Assembly: GCA_964016885.1 (NCBI GenBank)
Contig: OZ024742.1
Coordinates: 27,156,001-27,220,000 of the forward strand
Source: Eledone cirrhosa
Lineage: Eukaryota
Direction of reading: 5' to 3'
DNA length: 64,000 bases
Position 1 is the first letter of the stretch. Every line of letters begins with the position of its first letter. Position numbers and translations under genes: made by a program. Shown here one piece after another: positions 12,184 to 25,650 of this stretch. The notes below the pieces were generated by a model, which saw only the letters and a program-made list of their open reading frames with translations, was not told where the DNA came from and did not search any database.

Positions 12184-12184
<1 letters not shown>
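11679..12184. mobile_element. Foldback hammerhead element in (TA)n
   Basis: Arms ~11679-11831 and ~11953-12105 are inverted around a ~120-bp spacer; the right arm extends ~80 bp further. Confidence 0.88.
11995..12091 (+). ncRNA. Type I hammerhead, U3-A8 variant with long stem II and a stable stem III
   Basis: cccc-TTGACAA-gtt cggctattt (loop) aaatagccg tc-GAAA-cggc ttgagctct gccg-TC-gggg; GUC triplet. Confidence 0.75.
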
Positions 12185-12230
<46 letters not shown>

Positions 12231-13437
12231 GAGTGAAGTGTATGTAACTAGCGTCTTATCCAGGGGTGAGAGTCAGAGACTAATTTACGGCGTCCAAAAG
12301 TAAATGAAGATACTACCTACCATGATCCTTTTGATTAAAAAAAGTAACAAAAAAGAAAGAACCAAAAAATCAAAGAAAGAACAGCGTATATGTATTAAGA
12401 AAGATGTATTTTTTTATAGTTTCTTCTATTAAGACCGAACCTATTCTACTCAAGTACTATTGTTGACCTCGGTGTATAAACAACTATAGAACTAACGGTA
12501 CATAATTATTGTCATATTGTACATTTCCGTACTCCTCTTCAGTATTTCCATTGTTGCAACTCTCAAGCCATATCTCAATATTTATATTACAATCCATATC
12601 ACAATAAATTTATTCTTTCTCTCTTTTATCCTATTACATTTCCATTCTTATTTCATTCTTATCCTATTCTATTCTATTATAGTCTATTATATTCTATTCT
12701 TGGAAACATTCAAACGTACCAATGCTCCTTCATCATATTTTACAATTCCAATTAACTAAACCATTCGCTGTTCTATGATTTCTTCTTCTTCGCAATTACA
12801 TGAAGGGTAATAATTTCTTCACAGGAGAACGTTATTTAGTATTACAGAGACACCAAGTCTCCAAAAGTATACTCTAAACCCGCACCACCTTTGACAATCT
12901 GGATATCCGATTTCAGTGAAAGGGAGAAAGCATGAGAGGCGATAGCGTTCGTAACTCCATTCTGTGCAGGATTGACTGTATATGGGACCTTAATAAACAC
13001 GGAAGAAGAGAAGAATTGTTTCTACTTTGGGCATAAAGTCAGTTATTTCAGTGGAATGGGAAGCCGATTAAATCGACCTTAGTGCGTTAGTGGTACTTTA
13101 TTTTATCGACACCATAATGATGAAAGGCAATGCTAACGTTGACGGGATTGGAACGCAGAACGTAAAGGGCCCTAACTATATGCCCAGAGTCAATAAAATA
13201 AAGCACTGGAATCGATTTAATCAACTTTCTTCTCCCCCAAATTGATTGACCTTGGGCCGAAATAGAATCCATTATACAGTACTTGGAATCTAATTAGCTG
13301 ATGGTAATATTATCATTAATATATTTCAACACAAAACACTAAACGAGGTTTAACATGACTTTTATGACACGACATTTATAATTTTGTCAGATACACCCTT
13401 ATTTCATTAATACTTATCGTTAATGCACGTAAGCACC

Positions 13438-13603
13438 TTCTTCTTCTTCTTCTTCTTCTTCTTCTTCTTCTTCTTCTTCTTCTTCTTCTTCTTCTTCGAC
13501 CTGGGAAGGTCGTGGGTCCAGAATCTTCGTACACGCCTTCCAGCGGGTTCCGTCAGGAACGACCGTTTCCAAAAGAGACTAGACGAGCTCATGACGGATG
13601 TCA
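13438..13603 (-). mobile_element. 3' end of RTE-clade LINE with (GAA)n tail
   Basis: Reverse complement resembles 19160-19290 (ctggaagg...cccacgac...gaagaagaag) and is followed by a long GAA run. Confidence 0.6.
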
Positions 13604-13854
13604 TCTATCTATCTTGCTCGGCGTTTTATTCGATCTTGTTCCGACTAAAAGTAACCACGTATTAAGAAAATACTGAAAAAAAAAATAAGGAAAAAGAATC
13701 AAAATAAAACTCATCAGTTTGTTCAATATAACATGTCTGAAATATAAGCTGTCCCTTTTTACACACACACTCACACACACACACACACATGCTCACACAT
13801 ACATTAACTAACATAGACATAATCGTATAGCTGAATGTATATAGGGTTGCATAC

Positions 13855-13938
<84 letters not shown>

Positions 13939-14920
13939 AAATGTGGTTGGTGTTAGGAAGGGCATCCAGCCGTAGCAAACCTGCCAGATAGTCCTATATG
14001 AGCGAGACACGGTCACCTGACCAACCTTGCCTCAAGTGGTAGAACTCCCGTCTAACCCATGCTAGCGTGGAAGATGGACGTTAAACGAAGATAATGATGA
14101 TGATGATGATATATAGTCTTCAAATGTATTATTATTACTATATATATATTATTACTATATATATATATTATTACTATATATATTATTACTATATATAATA
14201 TTTGATTGACTTGTATTATAAATATATGTATGTGTGTATGAGCGGAGAAGAGTGTGCAGGACAGATGAGAGTGTATGTCGGTACAGAGGATATTGTGTGC
14301 TGGAGAGTAGGAGAGTGTGTGTGTAACGAGCGGAGATGTGTATGTATGTGTGTATATGTGTGAATTACTGTTCAATATATCGAGCAGTCTACGTCTTTTC
14401 TATAAATGTTTCTATCATGCAAAGATATCAGTATGAATAATTATCAGGGTTTTGGAGGATGTTTTTGCTGTTAATCTGATCATCTCTCGTCATTATCATC
14501 TCGTAAATATTTTAGCTTAGTCAGCTGACTATATTTACATATGTGTTGTATAATTTATTTCGTTGTTTGTAAACTACAGCCTATATATTCCTCTGAATTA
14601 ATAAACTGCATTGAAAAAAACTTGTTTATGGCTTGTGGTAGAATTGTGCGGAACTTGTTTAACCTGAAATGTGGAATTAAAGGGTATGGACCTCCGTCGG
14701 TTTCGACAAGTTGTGTTCCAGTTGTATGATCTACATAATAGCCAGAGCATGAATTTAACATGTAAATAACATTCCACAGGCACGAGTAACCTTAACATAA
14801 TTGAAATGGAGATTAAGCTTGACACAGTGTGTGGCAAGCCTGGCCGTTTGAAACGCAGGTAAAACACAAGTTTCCCGTGTGTGTGTGTGTGTATGTGTGT
14901 GTGTGTGTGTGTGTGTGTAT

Positions 14921-15165
14921 GACAGCTCACACCTATGCAGGTTTAGCTGGCCTCCTCCAAGGTATATCTCGTTGGAGGTGTCTTGGGTAATTTAATGATA
15001 GAGTCCCCAGTCCTGTCATCTCATTTCTACAGCTGAGTAAACTTGAGCAACGTGAAATAAAGTGTCTTGCTCAAGGAAACAACACATCACCCAGTCTGAG
15101 AATTGAATTCACAACATTTCGATTGCAAGCCCGATGCTCTAACCACTAAGTCATGTACCTTCCCA
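14921..15165 (-). mobile_element. CORE-type SINE; second copy 34775-35030 (+) with (CAA)n tail
   Basis: ccttgagcaagacactttatttcacg core. The tail aagacacctccaacgagatataccttggaggaggccagctaaacctgcataggtgtgagctgt is shared by both copies. Confidence 0.8.
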
Positions 15166-16354
15166 TCTGAGTGGACTGGAGCAACATAAAATAGTGTTTC
15201 TTGCTCAAGTACGTAACCAGGACTCCCACTTTTGACTTTATGATCATGGGTCAAACATTGCTAACCACTATTTGAATTACAAATGCAGTTTATGCAAGTG
15301 CTCTCCTAACAGTTTCCCTCATATCTAATTTACTTCACAAAACATGGGTTGATCTGTCACGCAGTGGGATCGAACATGGAACCAAGCAATTGCGATATAA
15401 TCTTCTTAACCATTCGGACATGCGTTGTATTCACAACCTGGAACTCTCTGTTAAGTGAAAGTAATGACTAACTGATTTTAGATCGTAAATCCTGTAGAAA
15501 AGTTAAAGAACATTGGAAGGATTTGTTTTTAAAAATGGCCGCTTTTACTAGATGCTTCCATATATCATAGCTAACCCTATATTACATTTGGGGATTCAAC
15601 ACTCTTCACATTCACAACTTCAATCTTATTATTTGCGTTTGTCTCAGATGACAGGCCTCATCAAACTTCCTCCGGCAGAATTATTTTATAAATGGATGCT
15701 TCTTCTTTTGTTGTTCTCCGTATTGTTTCTATTATTATCCCGCTTCTCCTCCTCCTCCACCACCACCTCCTCATTCTTCTTTTTTTTTTTTTTCTTCTTC
15801 TTCTTCTTCTTCTTCTTCTTCTTCTTCTTCTTCTTCTTCTTTCTTGATGATGCTGTCATCATCATCATCATCCTCACCATCGTCATCATCCTAGCAATCA
15901 TCATGTTATGGGCTACACATATTTTCCTTATTCTACGGAGTCACCTTTCGCCTCAGGATAGATCGATACTTAAGCCGTGCGAAAAGACTAAATCACGTTT
16001 TTATTACAATGGTAGATTCTAATTTCGGCTTTCCTATCTTTATTGCATTGTTTCTTGTTCATTAACCTTTTCATGTTCTGAACTCCACCAATAAACCATT
16101 TGCTTTTCATTCAACCCTTTCTTTATTTCCATTTCTATTTCTTCAGTTTGTGTAATCACATTTTTTTTTAAAGTATCGCCATCTTCTCTTCCTTTCAATG
16201 TATTTACCCAAACGCAACGCACTTTTACATTTATGAAAAGTAGGAAAGGCTAAATCTATTTCGTTTCCTTTCTTCTTCTTCTTCTTCTTCTTCTTCTTGT
16301 CTTTATTCTACTAGGATCAATACAAAAGTACCAGTTTGTTTTGTCAATGAGATG

Positions 16355-16410
<56 letters not shown>

Positions 16411-16455
16411 TGAGTGAGTGTGGGGGGGGGGGGCGTGTGTATGTGTAGGGGGTGA

Positions 16456-16508
<53 letters not shown>

Positions 16509-16598
16509 TGTGTGTATGTATGTGTGGGGGGGGAGTGTGTGTGTGTGAGTGAGTGCGTGTGTATGTGTGTGTGTTTGTGTGAGTGTGTGTGTGTGTGA

Positions 16599-16630
<32 letters not shown>

Positions 16631-16799
16631 GTGTGTGTGTGTGTGAGTGAGTGCGTGTGTATGTATGTGTGGGGGGGAGTGTGTGTGTGTTTGTGTGAGT
16701 GTGTGTACTATAGTCTTCGGTGGGGATATTCTACAATTATTTAACGCCGTTGGTTTGTGTACAGTAACAGTAATCTTTCAATCATGCTAGTGAATTGAA

Positions 16800-17150
16800 G
16801 TTTTCTTGTATAAGCTGTCGGCTGTGCCTAGGATGTATAGGTTTTCGAACCCGTTTAAGATTGTGAGTCCTAGTACGTGTTTTAAAGGTTTATGTTGTTA
16901 ATACTTTCTTTTTCTCATACCTGATATTCCATTTCTTGAAAATACTGATTTCATTTTCATGCCTCACTTCTTGCTTATTTCATTAAAAGATCCATGTAAT
17001 TATATCCTTTCTTCTATACCTTAGTTTCGTCCAAATAAACCGTAATCTCTATCAGAGTGCAGACATGTTTTCTTACAGTCCTAGATAATTAATTATATAT
17101 TGTCGGTCTACTTTGATCTACTTATTAGTCAAGACAGGTATGCTAAGATC
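16800..17150 (-). pseudogene. Highly decayed R4/Dong-like RLE C-terminus
   Basis: Minus-strand fragments such as ILGTA resemble LMGTAHILRK of the younger copies; many stops and frameshifts. Confidence 0.35.
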
Positions 17151-17340
17151 ATTATGGCCAGGTCGTTTTAGCCGGCTATGATTGTTGTATATCTATATTG
17201 CTCTTCTGTATCTTTGACAGCACTTAGCTGTTTTAACGGCTCGTCTAGCGACCAGTTTTCTCATGTTTATAATGGATTCAAATACACTGTCGCTTCGTCT
17301 CAATCGTGTGTTCATATACATACATACATACATACATACA

Positions 17341-17371
<31 letters not shown>

Positions 17372-18599
17372 TAGAGATATATGTGAGTGTGTGTGTATAT
17401 ATAATATATATGTATGTTTATATTTATGTGTGTGTGACACTTTATCAGGTTCTTTTTTTTTCGAAGGCTCTGCATACCCTACAAGGGACATAGCTACCGA
17501 TTTGACATCATATGTAAATACATTTGGAGTTTACAAGAAATGTGTAACCAAAACTTATTTACTTAATTCCACTGAAAGCATAGTGTGAACTTCATGTTAA
17601 TATATGTCTATTGCTTCCGTGACTATTTCTGGTTTGCCATTTCTACAAAGCGACTAAAATACCTCTTTCTCATTCACCTTTTCGCCACAAACTTTATTTC
17701 ACGTTCGTCTTGTCTATTCAACTGGTAAAAATAAATTTTGCTTGTAATTCAAAGGGCATGCCTGTGAGATCTAAGTTAATAGTATACGTGTTTGTGGAAG
17801 GTTCAGCTACTTATGCCTTAATTTCACCAGCAATCTACTTAGGCATTCTAATAAATAGAACATTCATAGTTGCAAGTGACGGAGATTAAACAGAATACAA
17901 CACCTAGCGTAGAACGTTAGAGTTAATACTGACTTTCATTCTGGCTTACTACCTCTATATTGGATCTTCCTAGTTAATAACCATAGAGTGAACTGTTGCT
18001 TCATTTGCTCTTTAATACAATCCGGAATTCCGTTTTGTATTGTTTGATTTTGTATCTTGCTTTGGTTACAGTTTTCGTTATTTCAACCATATGTAATGTT
18101 TTTATCAGTGATGTTATCTTCAACAAAATCAACACAGAAACCGAAAGGTTTTCCTTCTTATACAAGACCTAGTTCCTTCAGACAAGATATCTGAAAGACA
18201 TATGTGAAAAATGAAATCATCACGAGGTATTGTAAAGCAAATTAAATACAAATAAGAATAGCTCTAAGTACGTCAAATTAACTACGTGTATATTTTAATG
18301 TGTACGCAGTTACATTTATATGTTAATGTCTATCAAATTACGTATACATTTCACTGTCTATGTAAAAAAAACATACACACACACGAAAACATGTGACACA
18401 AACGAAACAAAAAGAACCTATAAACAATAGCGATAAAATCCGGAACAAATAAACTGGAATGCCTAATGCATACTATAATAGAAGGAAAAAAACACCAATC
18501 ACTTTTGTCCAGAGGCAAAGCTATAACAAAAAAAATGTAGGCGAATTTTATTCTGTGAATCTTATGCTATCACTTTACAAATGTAATCACATTACAAGG

Positions 18600-19660
18600 A
18601 ATACAGTCAGCGTTCTCTCGAACGTTAACACTAACAGACTGCTTCGTCTCATAACGACAATGTCTAATATAGAAACAAGATACAAGAGGATAAAGACCAC
18701 AGAATCGTCCAACGAAATACACAACATTTCCTGTATATCGGTGACTTAAAATATGTACAAGGAATAATAAACTAGAAAACCTACTTCAAACTGTGGATAT
18801 CTTAAGTAAAGATGTACGAATAATTATGGATTATCTCAAAGAGATAAATTATGCAACGGGAAGAATATTGCACTATACATAGACACTGAAATTAGAGACT
18901 TAGATTAATACCGAATACAAGCAACCGAAATGGGGTTCCTCCGAAGGGTCTTTGAAGTGACGTTACTCGATAGAGTACCTAGCTCGGAGATCAGAGAGTC
19001 ACTCCAGGAAAAGCTGCTACTTCTCTGTGTTGTGATCTTTCAACTCCGATACTATGCGCATATCGTTAGAATGTCTCAGGAAAAAATCGCGGAGCAGATT
19101 TTACAGACAAAACAAACCGACAGGAGACCCAGGGATATAACCCAAGTAAAATGGTTGGATATCATCCATCAGCTTGGCTAATCTCGCTTGGGGATCCAGC
19201 TGGATCAGTTGTAGACGGTTGCTTCTCACAGGACCTGCTGGAAGGAGTGTTTGAGGACTGCCCCCACGACTCTCTCAAGAAGAAGATGAAGATCACAACC
19301 GCCTATATAAACAACTAGGAATAAACAAAACAGCAAACTTACAACAAAAGAAAATAGAATAGGAAATTAGAAAAGAATACTATAAGAGAGTTACACTTGG
19401 TCATAATAACCATTAAATATTACAGCTTTTATATAATAAACTGAAAACAAAGTGAACTGGAACATTCAGAGTGTAAACCAGGAAATTACTGATAGTGTAC
19501 TGAAGCTACCAACCAACTCTGAGCAGTATTAAATAGAATATACTTTCGCCACATACATGGAAAACGTGGTCAGACACAAATAGAAAATTAATAAAAAATG
19601 ATAATAGTTGGAATGGGAAAACACTTAGAAGCCAATAGAATAAGACTGACCAAAAAGTTA
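18600..19660 (+). pseudogene. Ancient R4/Dong-like RT remnant interrupted by an RTE insertion
   Basis: QHFLYIGDLK (cf. HLLFMDDLK) near 18720-18750; EIRKEYYKRV and TRKLL-like motifs at 19360-19490. Confidence 0.5.
18905..19292 (+). mobile_element. RTE-clade LINE 3' fragment
   Basis: RIQATEMGFLRRV...DRVPSSEIRE...QLRYYAHIVRM...RRPR...KWLD, typical RTE ORF2 C-terminus, with a gaagaagatgaagat tail. Confidence 0.85.
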
Positions 19661-19876
19661 TTCTCTGTTTACAAGTTGTTAATATAGATTTTATTGGTGC
19701 TACTATCTACACTGCCTCAGTGTGAGTGTGTGCCCTTAAAACATATACACCAAGTCCAGACACGAATGTAGCAAACTCTTCCTGTCACTGCTTCTTTTTC
19801 CTTCAAAAGAAACACTGAGAAATAGGATCGATTGAAGGGACGGGTGGGTTGAAATTGTAATATATATATATATATA

Positions 19877-20772
19877 CGAGGTGTGTCAGAAAAGTTCCAG
19901 GACTGATGTCACAAAAGATGTATTTCAAACCCAAACTTCACACTAACAGTTTCCTCCTTCAAAGTAATCCCCCTGGAGTCTAATGCACTTTTCCATCCTT
20001 TTCTGCACGCTTGCATGCACTCCTGGAAGGATTCTTCCGGAATCCTCCGCAGTTCTTTCGTCGCGGCCTTTTTTATGTCGTCCACGTCTTCAAAACGGGT
20101 CCCCTCCGGGTCGTACTCGAAGATCCATGACTCATCATCGGTGATGACTGTCCCTAGCCAGTCTGGTTCGATTTCAAGATGCTTGAGGATGTCCTGGCAC
20201 ACTTGCATGTGTCGACCCTTCTGGTCATCGTTCAGCAGTTTTGGCACCATCTTCGCGCAGACTTTCCGCATGTCCAAATCTTCAGTGAGAATCTTCCAGA
20301 CGCTGTCCCGATTCATGCCCAGCTCATTTGCCATCAGTCGTACAGTCAGCCGACGATCGCTACGCACCATCTGCCTGACGCGCTCAACGTTAACCTCAGT
20401 CCTGGTTGTTGAGGGCCTTCCGCTCCTGGGGTCATCTTCCACGTCCTCGCGTCCTTCTTTAAACCTCTTGCACCACTCAAAAACACGTGATGGTGACATC
20501 GTCTCATCTCGATACACTTGCTGCAGCAATCTCAGTGCTTCTGACCGAGTTTTCCCCAACCGTTCGTTGTTCTGTGCTCATTGCTTGACGACCAGAAACA
20601 GAGGACATGTATATAAAATTATGAAGAAAAAGGTTTAATCGCTGCAGAGAGCTAAGATTACAGTTACATACTCCAGGAGTAATACATTGAAGGAGAAAAC
20701 TCTTAGTGTGAAGTTTGGGTTTGAAATAAATTTTTTGTGACATCAGTCCTGGAACTTTTCTGACACACCTCT
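19877..20772 (-). mobile_element. Mariner (Tc1/mariner) element, internally deleted, with long TIRs
   Basis: TA-flanked TIRs starting cgaggtgtgtcagaaaagttccaggactga, inverted at 20703-20772 and imperfectly to ~105 bp; inserted at a TA tract. Confidence 0.95.
19909..20559 (-). pseudogene. Mariner transposase remnant
   Basis: HTH region VFEWCKRFKEGREDVEDDPRSGRP, MRKVCAKMVPKLL, ITDDESWIFEYDPE, then a jump to GTRFEDVDDIK; the middle of the DD34D domain is missing. Confidence 0.92.
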
Positions 20773-21984
20773 TATATATAAGGCTAACCTGAACGGTTCA
20801 TCGACTCACCAATATACTCTCATGAAATGACCAAATGAGGTTTATTTTTCATCATAGTCCCTGGAATAAAAATATACAATTATTAGCTAGAAAAGTTGAA
20901 ATTAATGCATGTAGAATTTCACAGCTGTATCGTCATTTCTTCATAGTCAGCCTACGAAGTTTTCAACTGACGTTAGTAAATACCGGCCACTATTAACCCC
21001 AACGTGACGCTACGTGTGATAATAATTGTTTCTACTGTTGGCACAAGGTCAGCAATTATCCAAGTGCATTACTGGTCCTTTATTTTACCGACTCCGTAAG
21101 GATGAAAGGCAAAGTTAAACTCGCCGGGATTTGAACTCAGACCCTAAAGGGACATAACTATGCTAGAAAGCATGGCGGTCGTCCCTCAACCGGTACTGCC
21201 AATTCTTTGATAATAATACCTTTCCATACCACGATTCATTTATGAAGAATGTCAAATTGCTTTGAGTGGGAATAGAACCTAAATAGCCAGAGGAGTACGT
21301 TGCATCTTTGCCAGTAACGTTAGAAAACGGTCAAAGTGTTGAGTCTTTAACAATACAGTTTCACCCCACCCACCATTTTCTTTTTATCAAAACATAAAAC
21401 AAATCCATTCAATGACAGCAAAGTCAAATGGGATGAAATGAAACAGTGAGTTTAAGACGTATTTAACGGATTAAGCCAAGTTAACAGATAGAAAAATAAA
21501 AAATTATTATTTTAAAACTGTTTAATAAAAAAAAAAAGCAAGGAGTGTTTAACGAAATCAATAAATTAGTGCAGAGGGAGCGACGAATTTTAAAATCCCT
21601 CCGGGGAAAGATTTAGCGAGATTTTATATCATTATGGATAGAGTTTTGTTGTCTAAAAAATAGGGAGCGGGAAACTGAGCACGTGTACCGGATTAATGGG
21701 TCTCTCTGACATTCATTAATTGAGGTATTTCACGTTAAATATTTACAACAGGATTATTAGTATTAAAAACAAAATAATAATGATAATAATAATAATTTCT
21801 GTGATCAACATGAGGCACATGTTTGATGAAGGAGTGTAGTTGATTATATCGATCGTCTGTACGTGACAGTTCTATTAAGTCATCGATCCTAGAATGACAA
21901 AAGGTAAAGTAAACAGAGTTAGGATTTGAACTTGGAATATAAAAAAAAAAAAAGTCGTAAAATAACTGACCTAATAATGATTTA

Positions 21985-23120
21985 TGAATTAGGTACAAGG
22001 CCAGCAATTTGGGGGAAGTGAAAGTCGATTAAATTGGCCTCCGTACTTGATGTTTCTTTATTTTATCGACTCCAGAAGATGAAAGGAAAAATTGACCTCG
22101 ACTGAATTTGAATTGAGAATATAAAGAGCTGGTACTAATACCGCAAATCATGTTCTTCAAGACTCTCATGATTCTAGCAATCTACCACTATCGACTGAGC
22201 TTATAATGGTTTCTGATTTAGGAACAAGGCCTACAATTTTAAGAGGAGGTCGAAGTCGATTAAATCGACCTCAGTGCATTATTGGTATTTTATTTTATCG
22301 GCGTCGTAAGGATGAAAGTGAAAACTAATCTGGGTGGAATTTCAACTTAGAACGGAAAGGGATGTAACTCTATGTCACAAAGCCCTACTGATACAGTTGA
22401 TCCACCACCCTCTCCACCGGAGTAATAATGGTTTCTTATATAGGCACGAGGCCAGTAATTCTTTTTGGGGGGAGGGGAAAGTCTATTAAATCGACCCCAG
22501 TGCATTACTGGTGCTTTATTTTATCGACCCCATAAGGATGAAAGGTAAAGTTAACCTTGGTGGGATTTGAACTCAGATCATAAAGGGCCGTAACTCTTTG
22601 ATGCAAAACATGGTGTCTGACCCTCTACCGGTACTGGCAATCCACCACTCGTCACCGGAGTAATAATGATTTCTGCTTTAGGCACGGCACAAGGCGAACA
22701 TTTTGGGTGTAGTGGAAAGTGGATTAAATCGACCTTCAGTACGTTACTGGTGGTTTATTTTATCGACCATGAAAGGGTGAAACTAACTTCGATGGAATTT
22801 GAACTCAGAACGTAAAGTGCTGTAACTATATGCCACAAAATCATGTTGTCCGACGCTGTACCGATGCACCCTATCCACCATACTCATGTTCAGTATAATA
22901 ATGGTTTCTGATTTAGGCACAAGGCCAATACTTTGGAGGCTGGGGAAAGTCAACTAAATCGACCTCAGTGTGTAGCTGGTACTTTATTTCATCGACCCCG
23001 TAAGGATGAAAGGCAAAGCTATCCTCGACGGGATTTGAACTCAGAACATACAGGGCCGCAACACTGTGCCACAAAGCAGGGTCTCCGACGTTCTACCGCT
23101 ACTGCGAAGCCCCCACCGTC
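21985..23120 (-). mobile_element. Five head-to-tail Meta-type tRNA SINEs
   Basis: Copies start near 21985, 22204, 22423, 22661 and 22896, each with aggcacaaggcc...gtcgattaaatcgacc...ggatgaaagg...gatttgaactcaga...tccacc. Confidence 0.88.
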
Positions 23121-24277
23121 AAACGCCTGCCCACTGAGTTAATAATAATTGCATCTTCTCATATTCTGCTCCAAAGCTGACCCTGATCCAGAGGATGAGA
23201 ACATCTCTGATGTCTTTTATCGTGATCCTCTTTGCCCCAAATATTTTAGAATTAATCTTTACACAAATGTATGTCACAATAACTCTACTTGTCTCTTCGC
23301 CCTGTCTTCATGTTAAATATTACAACCCCTTGTGTCATATGCCCACCTCATACGATGTAGAACTTCATGTAACACTGAAGACAACCAGTGAATAATTAAT
23401 CTCACGAGTACATTAGAAAAGCTCCTGTCCCTTTCAAGTTGCAGAAAGAAGTTATTTTCTTTCTTCTTACTCTTTGATATGTTACTTATGACACCAGACG
23501 CTTAACCTTGTCACACAGCTTTGCTAAGTAAACTCTTTCTCCCCATGATAACTCATGGCTGAGTGGTATCTCTTTGCCTGAGCTCAACGAAGAAAAGGAA
23601 ACTGGAAATGCACTTAATGTTTTGCACATTGAAATCACCCCGTTTCGTTCTGCTGCCTCCTTCATAATGTTCTTCATTTTTCTACTGTGTGTGAATGTTT
23701 GTGCTGTTGTTATTACTTTGGTGTACGTTGTGAAAAATTTGGATTCCTTTAAAAGAGTAGATAGCCCCCCCCCCCCCCATAATCACGAATGCACATGAGA
23801 TTTGCACCTAGAAAGGTCCCTTCAGAGGCACAAAGTCAGGCAAGGGTTTTTTGTGTGGAAGACCAGCATTCTCCCTCGCATATTAGGCTCCCCTCTTCAA
23901 AGGCAAACATTGATGAAGCTTGGGACCAGTGACGTCGCAAATGATTCCTACATCAGAGTGAAGTGGAGTAAGGTGAAATAAAGTGTCTTACTTAAGGGCA
24001 CAACACACCACACTACCTGGTAATCGAACTCACAATTTGACGATGGTAAGCCCAACGCTCAACCACTAAGCCATGCACATCAACCTTAAAAGTGTAACCT
24101 TTTTTAATTGTAACTTTTTCTTGTTTGTTTCTTTAAATTGTATTGATATGTTTATTGTTTGTGTCAAGTGATCGAATATCAAAAGAACGATCTTGTTAAA
24201 AGATGTCTATCTTATGCAACTCTACACTTTCTTACATGTTATTACTTCTTGTATAGTAGAAATCGTAACGAAAATAG

Positions 24278-24831
24278 TGTTACTAAGGAGATTGTAAAGT
24301 CAGTCATCAAAACATATCGCACGAATTCGAAACACTGCTACCCAGATCTACAATAAAACGTTCAGGAAAACGAACAATGGATCATGTGACTGATTTGAAG
24401 CATGATGCACGGGGGTTTTTTTTTTTCGTTTTAGTGGCGGTAGACCGTTTAAACCGGTGGAGTTGCCAATGCAGAGAGTTGGTGTGAAGTTGACAGCGGG
24501 AGCAGACGGTCTGGGGTCGGGGCGTGGTAAAGACTGTTGGTGTATATTTGGGGATGTGAATAGTCGTCGTGAACCTGGTTTGCGAAGAATACCATTACAC
24601 AAGACATCTTGACTGGTGCGTCTATTTCTTCCGCTCTAAGCAGGTTGGTCAGCTGGACAGGCTTGTGGTTTTCCAGCCCCTGACTTTGGGCTGTTGGAGC
24701 CGCGTTGTAGTTGGAGACCGCATTTTGCAACAACAGCGTAAACAATAAAATCTTGCATAAAAAAAACAATGTTTAAAGAAGATCTGGACTCGCTGTCTAG
24801 TAAAGGTATCTAGTACCATATTATAACAACA
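24278..24831 (+). mobile_element. Possible solo LTR
   Basis: TGTTA...TAACA(ACA) ends, GC-richer interior and AATAAA near the 3' end; the target duplication is imperfect (atag/ctag). Confidence 0.3.
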
Positions 24832-25199
24832 CTAGAAGGATGTATGACAAAGTTAACCTCAGCAGGTGTTGATATCAAAACGTAAAGACAAATACTAACC
24901 ATTGGCTTAACTCCCTAAACATTCTGCGAAACCACCACCATCAACACTGCATGCTTTCAACGTTATCTGAAAAGCGATAATGTTATTTATTAGACTGATT
25001 TAACATGTCTCTGAATTGTTTCCGATTTAGGCACAAACAAACAGTTTTGGGGGAGGAAGGATGCAAAGCAAATTTGTTTTCGGTATGATTTCAAATTAGA
25101 CTGTTGAAGGCCGCAACGAAATATTGCATTGGGTTTCAGAAAACAGAAGATATAACAGTAGCTATAATTCATTTCAATAGACATGATAGCAATACAAAA

Positions 25200-25650
25200 T
25201 AATTGTTTCTACTTTTGGCACAAGGCCAGCAATTTCCCAGTAACTTACTGGGACATACAAAATGATTGTTTCTACTGTTGGCACAAGGCCAGCAATAAAC
25301 CAGTGTGTTACTGGTACTTTATTTTATCGACCACGTAAGGATGAAAGGCAAAGTTATAATGCTTTCTGATTTAGGCTCAAGGCCGATAATTTTAGGGGAG
25401 GCATTATTGGTGCTGAGTTTGGCAGTATCGGTAGAGCGTCAGACACCATGCTTTGCAGCATAGAATTATAGCCCTTTACGTTCTGAGTTCAAATCGGCCG
25501 AGGTTAACTTTGCCTTTCATCCTTAAGGTGTCGATAAAATAAAGTACCAGCAATGTACTGGCCTTGTGCCAAAAGTTGAAACTTTATTTTATCGACCCCG
25601 GATGAAAGGCAAAGCTAACCTCGACGTATTTGAACTCAGAACGTAAATGT
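25200..25650. mobile_element. Jumbled Meta-type SINE fragments in both orientations
   Basis: Multiple ggcacaaggccagcaat tails and a plus-strand copy at ~25420-25585. Confidence 0.7.

Noticed and set aside
24449-24769. 106-aa ORF with a signal-peptide-like start
   Set aside because: No recognisable domain; antisense to an LTR-like repeat.
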